DNA of 64,000 bases, taken from NCBI RefSeq assembly GCF_009914755.1, contig NC_060925.1; one strand, given 5' to 3'. Source of the DNA: the human T2T-CHM13v2.0 reference genome, Homo sapiens. A model generated the notes under the pieces. The model had not been told where the DNA came from. It saw nothing but the letters and a program-made list of their open reading frames with translations, and ran no database searches. Positions within the stretch are counted from its first letter, which is position 1. Each line of letters begins with the position of its first letter. Shown here in pieces: positions 36,441-48,805 of this stretch. The position numbers and the translations under genes are program-made.

Positions 36441-37501
36441 AGTTTTCACCACAGTGCTGCCAGGCAATGTTCAACCACTCTCATCTCTCCCCAAAGCTTA
36501 TTGACCTAAAAACTTCAGCCTCCTTTAGGGAGAAAAGAGCTAATACTTAACAAGTGCTGGATGCCCAAATCCTCAAATTCTCCAAACAGACTTACAAGGT
36601 AGGCATACCTCATTTTACAGATGAGAAAATTGAGGCTCAGAGGAGTGAAGCAACTTGCTCAAGATCACAAGCCAAGAAGTGACGAAGTCAGCAATCGAAC
36701 CCAGATAGCCAGCTCTCATCTCCGAACTGACACTCTTTCTGCAGTGGCAAGGCTTTTATCACTGAGGAGGAAGAAACACAATTGCCCTGTGCTAGCAAGG
36801 TGCTCCATGGAGACTTGTTTCACATCATTTCACCTTCCTCCCTCTCACCTCCAGTGTCACTGCACATGCTGTGTCCTTGGGCACAGGCGCAGGGATGAGT
36901 TCATTTATTGATCTCTCACACATTTGGTCACTCATTCAGTTATTCACCTACTCACTAATCCCTCCACCCATTCATTCAATGATGTATGTATCCGTTTATC
37001 CCTTCATTCTGTAAGTCCTGACCAGATATGCTTCACACTCTGGGTTGTGAGGTGGAAGTTCTTCTTCCCCAGTAAGTGAGATATCAGAATGAAATCCAAT
37101 TGAGGGTTTGGAAAAACAAGCTCATTCCAGGTATGAATGAGCATCCAAAGTGGCTGGGGAGGAGGCCTGACCTCCCGGTGGGATGCTGGGAAGGCAGCTT
37201 CTGAAGGACAGGCAGCACCATGGAGGCGGGAGACAGTGGTCCAGCCCCCAAGCTGCGGTGCTGTCAGGAAGGAGACACCTCCCTAGAGCCAGGGAATTTG
37301 GGGATCAGAAATTCTGAGTACCTTTAGACCTCGGCACAGGGAGTGAGATAGGTGACTTCCTCCTTGTGGGGACTCAGGAAGCAAGAGAGAACATAAGTAT
37401 GCTTCAGCCACCAGCCACAGAGTGATGGAGAACTATGATTACCTCCTGGCCCTGGTTGGCAGCCTCGGGGCCTTTGTTACTGGTTGGCTTCTTTCTCTCT
37501 C

Positions 37502-37573
37502 TTTTTTTTTGAGACAGAGTCTCGCTCTGTCACCAGGCTGGAGTGCAGTGGCACAATCTCAGTTCACTGCAAC
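37502..37573 (-). mobile_element. Severely 5'-truncated Alu (~70 bp) with TSD
   Basis: T9-GAGACAGAGTCTCGCTCTGTCACCAGGCTGGAGTGCAGTGG...CACTGCAAC; TSD ACTGGTTGGCTTCT at 37479-37492 and 37572-37585. Confidence 0.9.
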
Positions 37574-39479
37574 TGGTTGGCTTCTCTTAACCAGGGTTTA
37601 GTGTAGATATCTAGAATGGACAAAAAAAGGGTGGAGACTAGAAAAGGCTACGTCTGCATCCATTAAAATATCCAGATAAAACATCTAAGAATACAAGGTT
37701 AACACATCAACCAGATGTGCGCCTGCACAAAGCCCACCATCTGTAGGTTTGGAAACACTGTGTGGCCCACCAAAGCTTTCCCTCTTGCTCAGATGTTGGG
37801 TGTTGCAGAGACGCAGCCAGCGACTGAGAGTGACAGGGAAGAGAGGAGCAGAAGGGCGAGGGGAGGAGGAAGGAGGTGTTGCCAAATGATTAAAAAATTA
37901 AAGGGATTTTTATGCAGAGAAAATATTTAGCTTGGCATTGTCTTCTCAACCAAACGTTGGCTTCCAAGAGAAAACACTGGTGTTGGCAGCAAATGTTTGC
38001 AGAATGGAAACAATTGTCTCCTTCCCAGCAGCCATAGAAAATGCCTTTGTTTGGGCTGATGGTGCCTGGGCCAAAAACAGCATCTTCAGAGCTGCCCCCA
38101 ATTTCTGAGAGGCTGCTGGAAGGGAGGGGAGTCATGTGGATCCATTGTCCCCATCCCACCTGCCAGTCTCACAGGTGATGCTGTGCAGAATGGCAGCATC
38201 CCTCTCTCCAGGGCTTGGGAGGTGGGGAGGCTGAGAGAAGGCAGGTGAGAGGCAGGAGGGAGGGAAACAGAGAAGGGTGATGAGAGAGGCAGGCAGTTGC
38301 AGCTGTGTGGAAGGTGCTTGAGCACAGATGGTGTGGTGGAAGAACTGATTGGGATCCTGCAACAATGGTATCCTCAGGGTGATAGTGACCTCCCAGCTAC
38401 CTGTCCCCAAAGCTTGCTCTGCTTCAAAAGCACCTGGAGGAGTCTTGATAATCATAATAGAGAAGAAGCATGGCTTTAACACATTGCCTTACCAAATTCT
38501 CATCGACAAACAAGATACCCTAGGAACCTCATTTTTACAGGAGAGAAACTGAGGCAGAGAGGGTGAGGCTTTGCTCCAAATCGCAGATGTTAGGAAACAA
38601 GATTAGAAACCAGAGGTCAAGGGCTTACCCACTAGGCAAACAAGACCCACTGCCTTGGAGGCTCTGGACTGGGGCCTGGGAACCTGTGTTGCTTAATGCA
38701 GCCGGTCCCTGACCCAGCACAGGGACGTCCTCATGGGTGCAGCGCTCTGGGGATTTCCCCCCATCCTCACTCCATGGGAGATTTTGTCATGGGGCTCCAT
38801 GACTTTTTTTTTTCTTAAAAAGAGATGTTTGAAAACCACTAGGCTAGATCAAACCATCTGAAAGAGAAGGCAGAGAGGCTCCAGGAGGCCTCTGGGGAAC
38901 ATGGCTCTGCCTCTGCCCAGAAGCCAGGGCTCTGCAGACCTCCCACTCCCCTCCCTGAGCCTGGCGAGCAGGTGCAGGGGAGAGCGGTGTCAGCACCAGT
39001 GCCCTGAATGCCCAGAATGCTGCCCCTGCCTCCTTTCCTGGACCCCCCTTCAGTCAATTTCCACCAGGAGAGCCGGCTGCCTGGGGTAGGCAGCGACAGG
39101 ATGGGGTCGCTGTCTCAAGAAGGCCCCTCTGAAAATGGACCTGGAGTTATTGACACGTTTCTTTAGATTCTCCTCTTTGGTCACACATAGGCATCTTGTA
39201 CCAGATCAATTGCGCTGACACGCTCTTGTTCTTTGTGTATTCTTTCATTTGTTCATTCATTCGTTTATTCAAGGCTGCCTGTGGGCCAGGCCCTGTAGCA
39301 GGCTTTGAGAAATTGAGATACTGGGGAAATCATTCCTGCCCTCCTGCTGGCCTGGTGGGGCATGACCAATCAAGGAAACCACAGTCAGAGGCAACTCAGC
39401 TTTCTGTCTCCAGTCCAGGGCTCTCTGCTGACTCCCAACTCGTCCCTTTAACTGCCCACTGGCCGTCCACCTGGACAGC

Positions 39480-40352
39480 AACCTAAGGCAGCCAGAACAG
39501 AGCTCTCGCTCTTCCCAGACCTGTGCCACCCAGCTCTGCCATCTCGGTGTATGACAACGCTATCTTCCAGGTTCTCCAGAAAAACCTTGGCATCATCCTT
39601 ACTCTTCCCTCACACCCACCCCACATCTAATATGCCAGCAGCCCTGTCGGCTCTAGCTCTGAGTGCACCCAGAATCTGACCACTTCCCACTACCTCCACC
39701 ACCCCAGCCCGGTCCAGGCTGCCATCGATTACCTCTGGGGTGGCACCTTAGCCTTCTTCCCAGCCCCTGTTGGTGCAGTAGCCGGAGAGATCCTGAGACA
39801 TCAAATGAGGTCAGCCTTCTGCCCAAAACCCTACAGTGACTCCTGTTTCATTCAGAGCCAAAGCCAAAACCCTCACCAGGGCCCCTCAGACATGGCTTCC
39901 TCCTCCTCTCCCGGCGCCCCCACCCAGGCATACCTTGCTGTTCTTTGAACCCACCAGGCACTCCACACTCTGGCTGTTGCAGTGGTTGTTTCCTCCACCC
40001 CAAATGCTCTTCCCATGTTCTCATAGCTTACTGTCCCTTCCTCCAGGTCTTTACTCAATGTCAGCCTCCCTGTTTAACATGGCAGCCCCTCCTTACCCTG
40101 ACCCCAATATTCGCCCTCCTACCTTTTCTCCATAATGCTTGTCCCCACCTTCCTACCACACTGGGCACACTGGGTATCTGGTTTATTGCCCATCTCCCTG
40201 GCCTCCCTCTGCCCCACCAAGAATGTAAGCTCCACGGGGGCAAGGACATCTGCTCCTTTTGTTCATGGAGGAGCTGTGTCTTCAGTGTCTAGGGCAGTGC
40301 CTGGCACGTAGAAGGGCCTCAGTACATATGTTCGAATGAATGGATGAATGAA
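39480..40352 (+). mobile_element. L2 LINE 3' region
   Basis: GAATGTAAGCTCCACGGGGGCAAGGAC...CAGTGCCTGGCAC...GAATGAATGGATGAATGAA. Confidence 0.8.
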
Positions 40353-40689
40353 CAGGAGGAGCTGTTGGTCTGGCCAGGATGGTGACCAGGAAGGGCAGGG
40401 TGGGGGCAGTTCCATGATTTCTGAGCCAGTAGATCTTTAACAGAAAATCTCTGCCTCCCCATCATGGGCAGAAAGTATAGCAAGGGAGGTCAGGAAGGGG
40501 CATGGAGCTCTTATTATCCCACCTTCCCCTACATATAATTACTACAATGAGTTTGTGGTTCTCATTTTCTTTCTTCTTCCTCTCCCCCTTCCTCCCTCAT
40601 TCCCCTCTTTCCTTCCTCCCTCCCTCCTTCCCCATCTTCATCCCTTCCTCCCTTTGTTTTGACATACAAACACATACATCCATGCCTAA

Positions 40690-41200
40690 ACAATTATCTT
40701 TTAGCTGGGCTTCTTTTTGATCTTTATAAACAAGGCATCAAATACGGTGTAGTTTCCTGAGACTTGCTTTTTCAGTCTACATTATGTTACTAGAATTTAT
40801 CCAAGTTATTGTGTGTCACTGCAGCTCATTCATTTTTCATTGCTCTATATTGTTCTATTGTGTGAATTTTACCAGTTTATTTAGCCATTCTCCCAGCATT
40901 GGACTTGTGGCTTGTTTCCAGGCTTCAGTGTTTTTATGTTTATTTTTATGAACACTGCTGCTGTAAGTCTTCATGTATGTGTCTCCTGGGGCACAGGTGC
41001 AAGGGTTTCTGTGCATATGTACCTAGGAGTGGAATTGCTAGGGCATAGTTTTTGACTTGTTCAACTTTACAAGACAAGGTCAAATTGGGTATCATCATAG
41101 TTGGGCCAATTTGTACATCTAGCTGCATTCCAAGTTGTGCCCATCCACATCCTCTTCCACATGTGGTGTCTTAGATTTCTGTATTCTTACCAATTCAATG
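40690..41200 (-). mobile_element. L1ME-like fragment
   Basis: CATTCATTTTTCATTGCT...TTGTTTCCAG...ATGAACACTGCTGCTG...TACCTAGGAGTGGAATTGCTAGG. Confidence 0.75.
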
Positions 41201-44200
41201 GGCATAAGTGGGCACACATTGTGGTCTTTCCCCAAACTCTTCACAATTCTTTCCACCTTCACAGTCCTGACACTGGCCAGAGGGTGGAGCATCCAAGTTA
41301 GTTTTTCTAATATCTAAGCAAGAACGGCCAAGCTTAGCTTGGAATACTTGACCCAGAATGGGCCCAGGGTCCCACAACCCTAGAGCAGGCTGCCTAGAGA
41401 AGCCCTTTCCACCTCTGGCTCTACAGGGAGGCCTCTCTTTTTTCTCCTCCTCTTCTCCTCTCCTGGAGCCATAATAGTCATTCTCCCCAGGCCACTGTCA
41501 CACCTTCCTCAACCCAAACCAATATTTTCATGAAAATGGGCCAAGGCCCATTCCAGAGAGAGGGAGAGAGAAAGGCACCTCACCCACAGGCCTTCTCAAA
41601 GGCTTCATTTGGGGAAAGATTACTTTTGTTCTGTTTTTTTCCGACATTTCTTCCCCCACTCTGCCAGGCCTTCTTCGGCCCCTTCAACCCTCATACTCAC
41701 TTGCTCTTGACCCCTCCTGACCAGGGCTGCCATGGAGGGAGGGACACCAGGAGCCACATCCAGGCCAGGGGAGTGAGTGCCTCTGGCCTGCCCTGGGCCC
41801 CCACCTTTCCCTCTGGCTGCTGGTTGTGACGCTTTCCAAATGTTCTGGAGGAGCACAGCTGGCAGTGGTCGCCAAGTCTTTCCCCCACCCCAAGTCTCCC
41901 ACTAGGCTGATGCTCCTCCTGGATGCTGCACAAAGCCCCCCAAATGCATGCACGCCCTGACTTCATTTGCTGCCACCACCCAAGGTGAGTCTTAAGCCCC
42001 ACTCTGTCCTCTTTCTTCCCTCCAGGCCGCTTCTCTGCACCATCTTCAGCACACTCCCGCTCAGCTGGTCAGAACACAAAAGGCCTCCATCACTGTCTGC
42101 AGAGGTAGCTGGCTCCAGCCATGGGCACGGGTGCTTCTGCTGGGTTGGCACCAAAGTCTCATTAGTCAGGCTGCCAGACATCTCCAAGTTCATTTCCTAT
42201 TTCCACCTTTGGCTTCTCTCCCTGTCCCCACCTCCCTGTCAAATCAAGGGTGCTTTCTCCAAAGTTCTCTTGATCAAGAGGAAATAAGAGTACTTGAACT
42301 TGGGGCTCCACATTCCCTATTCAGATTCAGGGCTCCTCTCTTTGTCCAGGCATTTAAATTCCAACTTAATGGTTCTCTTGAACTCCCACAAATGCCAAGA
42401 ATCGGTGCCTAGCAGATGCCCAATAAATTTGTTGAACAAATGAATGAACACTATGTTTTTCCCCCCTTTCCTGGGAATGCGTTCCCTAAGGAGTTTCTCC
42501 TAAGCTGCTCCATATGTTATGTCCACTCCTCACCCCTTTCTCTCGGATCAACCAGCCTCAAATCCTCCAGCTGTCTCCCATGGTTGCTTGCTCATGTTTT
42601 CTTACTCTCCTTTGTCAAAATGTCCTCTCCCAGCTCCTCCTGAGTTGCCCTGGGACCATAGACTCCAGATCATATTCCGTCTACCCAGCTCAGCCCTCGG
42701 GGAGGCAGGATTGATCAGTGGTTGAGCCAGGCTTTTTGTCAGGCAGTCGGGTGGGTAAGTAAGGACCAGCACGTGTGACTCGATGCATTTGCATCTCCCT
42801 TCCCTGACATGCCTTCCTCCCGCTCCATCACTCCGCCTCTAAGCCAAGCGTAATTGCTCAATCTAATTTAATAGACGTGCAGAAAGGCTGCAAGTGGAGT
42901 GAACTCGGCTCAGCCTCCCCAGGGGCAGGTGTGATGGGCATGTTTTGAGCCTCCTACTCACTGTGTAGGCCCCCAGGAATCAGGAGGGGGGCAGGGGAAG
43001 AGGGACTGTAGCAGTGGCCCCTGCAGGGGTTAGAACTGCCTCAATGGAGTCTCAGCCCACTTTGGCCAAGGGACAGGTGTGGACTGGTCAAGAGGAATTC
43101 TGCATCTGGCTTTTAAAATAGGTTGTCTTTAAAAAATATCATGGCCTTACATTTTTATTGCGCTTTATCATTCCCATTCAGCATCTGACAAGCTCTCACT
43201 GAACAGCTGGGGATGTGAGGATGGCCAGGACATGTCCCTGTCCTCACAGAGTTCCAAATGGGGCAGGGGAATGAGGTAACTTACAAGGAAGGGGAAACCA
43301 TCTGGCTAGGGGCAGGAGCAAGGAGCTGTAGGATCACAGGGGAACAAACACCTAATGCTGCTTGGGTGGATCATGGCAGGTTCCAGGGCAGGCGCCACAC
43401 CTCAAGTGGGTCCTCATACCTCAGAAGGAATTTGTTCAGCAAGCAAGTGATGGGAGGGCATTCCCAGGAGAGAAAACAGCCTTGCAAAGGTGCAGCAGCA
43501 AGGAAGAGCAGGGTGCGTTTGCAGAATTTGACATTGTGCAGTATGACCGGCCTGTAGTGCAGGAGGGGCCAGGAGGTGGCGAGGCTGACAATGAGATTAG
43601 GGAGGGAAATAAGAAGGCTCAGGTCACACAGGGGCCTCGAAGGGCCTCCAAACTGCCTGGGGAAGTGGGGGCTGAGGTATCTTTATTCCCCTTTTACAGA
43701 TGGCAAAACAGAGGCTCAGAAATATTAAACAACTCTGTCTGGGTGGCTCAACCAATACTTAACTCACATCACTCCCAAACAGGCCTTGTTTGATTTCTTT
43801 AAAGATTTGTTAAATATGATCAATTTATTTACTTACTTTGGCCAGATATCTTGGCTCCCTTGGCTGGACCCCATGGCCCTAGAGAGCAGGATCCCTAGCC
43901 CCTGCCTTTTTCATCCAGCAGTAGAGGTGGCTGTCCAGACCCTCAAGAATCCTTCCCTGACTGGAAACAGAGAGCCTCCAGGCCCCAGAGAGCTTTAGCT
44001 GGCTTTGGTGGCCAGCGGGGCACTTGTCTAATCTCCAAAGAAAGGCAGAGGAAAATGGATTACGGAGCAAAGCCCTCTCTGCAGCGTGAGATCAACAGTT
44101 GCCCACGGCCCAGGGGAGGAGAAGCCACTGCCGGGAAAAGGCTTAACAGCATCAGGGACTCTAAGACCCCAATCTCCCTTCCCTTGTCCTCACCCTCCAG

Positions 44201-44491
44201 AATCCTTTGAAAGCACGTAGAATTGAAGGAGGCCACAGATTATGGCCCAAAATGTTCAGAGAATTGAATGAGGGATTAGCTACTTAATGGCCATTGACTT
44301 TAATGATCCCAGGCTCAGAATCACTGAGCTTTCTGAAGCCGGGAGCACATGCTGTCTCCTTGCACACACCATGTATACATGGATACGCATACTATGGATG
44401 AGCACACTGTGTGCGGAGGGTGTATGTGGACAGATCTGTGTAGAAATGGTGCATGCTATAGACACATCTTGTGTCTGTGTGCTTACAGGAA

Positions 44492-44515
44492 TGTGTGTGT
44501 GTGTGTGTGTGTGTG
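44492..44515 (+). repeat. (TG)n microsatellite within a ~1 kb degenerate TG/CA-rich region (44360-45330)
   Basis: Direct reading. Confidence 0.85.
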
Positions 44516-46639
44516 CATGTAAATGCCCATCTGTGCAGCTAAGTGTAAGTGCCAGGTGCCCTTTGGTGCACTCTCCTGTTCATTTGTATTTGTCTTTGCT
44601 AAGTTTACATTCATGCACATTGCTCTGTGTACTGCATGCTTGTGCTTGTCCACACAGGCCTATGTGCCTCAGTGCACTATATGCCTCTGCCTATGCATGT
44701 GTAGTCTATGTGCTTGGCACACATGCTTGTCTGCGTGCAGGCTTCACTGTATGTAGAATGTGCAGTCTGTGTTCCTATGACATTAACTTCCATCTTTTGA
44801 GTCCTTGAATGTATCAAGCTCTTTTCTTCCGCAAGGCCTCTGCACGTGCATGCGTTCCCCATGCCTCAAACCCTCTCTCCCCTGCTATCTACCTCCTCAT
44901 CCAACTGTATTCCTCATCCAAGTGCGTATTCCCTGCTACTTTTCTCATAGTGTCCTGTTATTTTTCTTCATGCACTTATTTCCATTTGTTAGTCTATCTT
45001 TTGTGTATGTGTTGTCTATTCTTTCTCTCCCCACCTCCCCCCACCCCACAGACAGTAAGCTCCATGACTTAGGGACCACATCTCTTTGTAATGCTGCTGT
45101 CTTCTGTGCCTTGCACAGTGTCTGCTATATAGTCAGTTTTCCACTAGTATTTATTACTTTCTGCATGTGTGTGCCTGTGTGTGGGTTTAGCACTTACCTC
45201 GGAGTTAGCCAAACTTGTCTGTCTGGATGCCCATGCCTATCTCTTTATCTGTGTGCACATGTCTGTGTGTAGGTGTGTGTGTAGTAAGAACCTGTATATG
45301 TATGTGCATGTGTGCGACTGCATGTATTAAAAATGACAGGACTTTTATTTCTTCAGCTCATCCCTGCCTCAGCTGGGGTGTCTTAGGTCCTGGATGGAAT
45401 CCAAGAAAGAAAAGCTGGGGAATTTCTAGAACAGCCTGGAAATAGGACCCTGTCCCGAAGGCGAACAGAGCAAATTCCCCAAAGGGCAGCACCTGCGCAC
45501 CAGCCACGAAGTGGGGACAGTGGCAGCTGTGGGCACCCCTGACTGTGGAAATCATCCTGGGGGTGACTGCAGGGCCAAGCATACTCCAGTTGTGGGCCCT
45601 TGAGAAGGGACGGGGCATGTGAGAAATGAGCTGATGTCCCCACTTGTGTCGGGCACTGTTATTTGCTCATAACTACGCATTCATTCAGCAAACGTCATAA
45701 GGACCTCCTCCAGGCCATGTCCTGAGCTGGGCTCTGGGATGGGGCCTCAGCAAGGCAGTCACATGAGCCACAACAAGGACTTCACTTATCATGACACCAG
45801 CAGCCAGGCTGCCTGCAGCTGACTTATCTGGCTGCCCTCGCAGCTGGACTCTGAGCTCCATAAGGGCAGAGACCAGGGGCCCGTCTTGTTCACCATTGTG
45901 TCCTCAGTGCCTGGAGGTGCTTGCTGAATATCAGTTAAATGAGAATAAATGAATGAATAAATGAATGACTGCCCAATCTCTCCCCCATATGAACAGAGAA
46001 AGAACAACTCCATTTGCCTACTGCCTTAAAACTCGCTGAGAGCTTTGCCATCCCCTCTCCCATGTGTCATCTCACCCTCACAAACATGAGGCCCCTGTAA
46101 GTCTCTTTACCTACAAAAGTGCAGAGAGTGTAAAAATAAAACAAAACTAGGAAAAGGAGTGGCTAATAGAACAACAGGCTGCAGAAATAGAATGCTCTAA
46201 AAGCAAACACGGTCAAAGGCAATATAAGGACTAAATAAAGTCTGCTAATAAGACATACTTGGGGGAAAACAGCTAACCTGGTTTAAAGAACTGTTAATAG
46301 CCCAGCCTGAATACCAGCGAAATCCTTCTGGCTGAAATGACTGCAGACCCCCAACCCTCTGCCCAGCCAGCATCCAATCTAAGGGAGGTGGAACCACATC
46401 AGGGAGGCTGCCCGGGGCATTCTGCTGCCTGGAGCTGCAGCTCCTTCCCTGCAAAATGCAGATCAGAAGACCCACACCCCCTGCACACACGTGCTTTTTA
46501 TGAAGATGAAATGACAGGAGCCTGGCAGGTATCAGGTGATCAGTCCATGCTGGCTTCTTCCCTTGCAAACAGATTTTCTACTGCAAAATGGTTTGTGATG
46601 TGTGTTCTTTGGCTTGGGGTTTAACAGACCCAAATTAAT

Positions 46640-46862
46640 AATATTAGCTACTGCTTATTGATTCATTGAGTACGTGTGTGCCAGATGCTGGGCTGAGCAC
46701 TTTACACGTCTCCTTGATCAATCCGCAGAACAAATCTATTATTAGTCCCATTTAACAGATGAGGAAACTGAGGCTCAGAGGGGTTAAATAGACTCAGCTC
46801 CAGGTCACACAAGCTGATGAATAAAAGAAGCCAGGTTTGAGGACCGATTCCAGAGCCTGAGT
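46640..46862 (-). mobile_element. MIR
   Basis: CCCATTTAACAGATGAGGAAACTGAGGCTCAGAGGGGTTAAAT...AGGTCACACAAGCT. Confidence 0.8.
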
Positions 46863-48349
46863 TTCTAACGTGTGCTTTACAGCAAAATTACTTAGCAATG
46901 CCACTTTTTTCTGAGTCTCAGGATCCCATTCTGTGAAACAAAAGAGTTAGATTAGACCAGGCATTTTCAGAAGTTTTTCAGTGGCTCAACCCTTTTATTG
47001 AAACAGAAGCCCAATGTGTGAAATAAATAAAAAGGGAGCCGCTCTGATTAACACATGATCCTCTCTCCCACCCGTTTACTGCCCCCAAGGCAGCCCCTGA
47101 GGCACCCCTGGGAACAGACTTTGAATAACTCCAGAAACGATTATCTCTAAGGGCTTTGCCAGCTCTAACGTCCTGGGATTCTACTCAATTAACACTTGTG
47201 GATGTGCTGGAGGGTGGAGAGATTATGGAGAGTAACTCTAGAAGATGGAGGAGAGGCGGTGTAACTACCGTCATCCCCTGTCCCCACTTATAAAGGTGGA
47301 AATCAACGAAAACCACAAAGATAATAAGAAAAAGCTACCCTGAAGAACACTGCATGGGGCCCTGGGCAAAGGCACTCCAAGCTGGGGCGCAAACTGGACA
47401 AGCTGGGGGATGGAAGCCCAGCTCCCCATCCCCTGTGTAAGGGGCTCACCAGCCTCTCTCAGGCATGACTGGGAGCCCAGGCCTGGTTAGAGAACCTTTG
47501 TTTGGAGTCCTGATTTATGCAGCTTCTCACTGCAAACTATGCATTAAGTTGCCAGCGAAGATTCAAAATTGTAAAATAATTGTGGTGGTGAAATTATTCA
47601 CAAATCCATCCAGGCCCAGTGCGTCGGGAAGGCAGTCAGATTTACATTGAGCACATGGTGACATAACTCAGGCTAAAGAGATAAGCTTGTTACGCTCCTG
47701 ACAGAAGCAATTCCCCAGGGACTGCTGGGTAATGCCAGGCCAATTACACACCCAGCCCAAGGAAGGGAAGGCATGTCCCCACTGATGGTGACATGCAGTG
47801 ACAAGGGGGGTAGGTCATGCCTGAGGGGAAGCATCTTTGTGATACCTGAGCAAGCGCACGGAGGCAGGGGCTGGGGCATCCTTCTTCTTAGGCAAGGAGG
47901 CCACGTGGACAGTCATGGGAGCATCTTGCAGTTGGGTGTAGCTCTGAAGTCAGGCAGTGAATCAGCTGGCTGGTGTACTAACCAAACTACGCTGCGCTCA
48001 TGGAGGAGGCAACCGCATCCTTTAAATGATAAAATGGATTCTTTCTTCCCTTTTGGGTGGCTGCATTCATTTTGGCAGGACCAGGTGCCAGGTGTTAGGT
48101 GGACAAGCATCAGGTGTGCCAGGATGGTTTTGTCAATATCTCTCCTCTGAGTCTTTACTTGAATACTTTTTTTCTTTCTGGCCAGTTTAAGTTGCTTTAT
48201 ATGGCACTTTACCAAGGAGGCAGGTGTTTTTTATATTCAACACAACAGTGTTTTCACTCTTATTAAATAAAGCTGGCCATGATAATAGCTAACAATATTT
48301 GAATGCTGCTAAGAGTTTTATAAACGTGATTTCAACTTGAGCCTCTAGA

Positions 48350-48530
48350 GCAGTGGTTCAAACTTCAGCCCAAATCAGAATCACCTGGAGGGTTTTCTAA
48401 GTCACAGATCGCTGCATCCCAGCTCCAGAGTTTCTGATGCAGAACGTAGGGTCTGAGAATGGGCATTTCTAACCAGTTCCCCAGTAATCATGAGGCTTCT
48501 GGTCTGGGGATCACTCTTGGAGAGCACTGG
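48350..48530. mobile_element. MER5A
   Basis: CAGTGGTTCAAACTT...CAGAATCACCTGGAGGG...GCATTTCTAACCAGTTCCC...GAGAGCACTG. Confidence 0.8.
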
Positions 48531-48579
48531 TCTAAAGAAAAGTAGGTACCAAGAAGCTTCAAAGGCAGCTGCATGCTCA

Positions 48580-48805
48580 TTCTGCAGCCTGATTGCCTGA
48601 GTTCAGATCCTGGATTCCCCTACTTTCTGGCTATGTGACCCTGGACAAGTCGCTTAACCTCTCTGTGTCTCAGTTTCTCCAAACGGGCATAATAATAGTA
48701 ACTAGCTCATAAGGCTCTTACCAGGATCAAATAAACTAACACACTGCACAGCTCTTAGAAGAGTGCTTGGCACATGGCAGACACTTGGTAAACATGAGCT
48801 AGCAT
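48580..48805 (+). mobile_element. MIR
   Basis: GCTATGTGACCCTGGACAAGTCGCTTAACCTCTCTGTGTCTCAGTTTCTCC. Confidence 0.8.

Noticed and set aside
44287-45272. Cys/Val-rich ORFs of 155-173 aa
   Set aside because: Products of degenerate (TG)n sequence.
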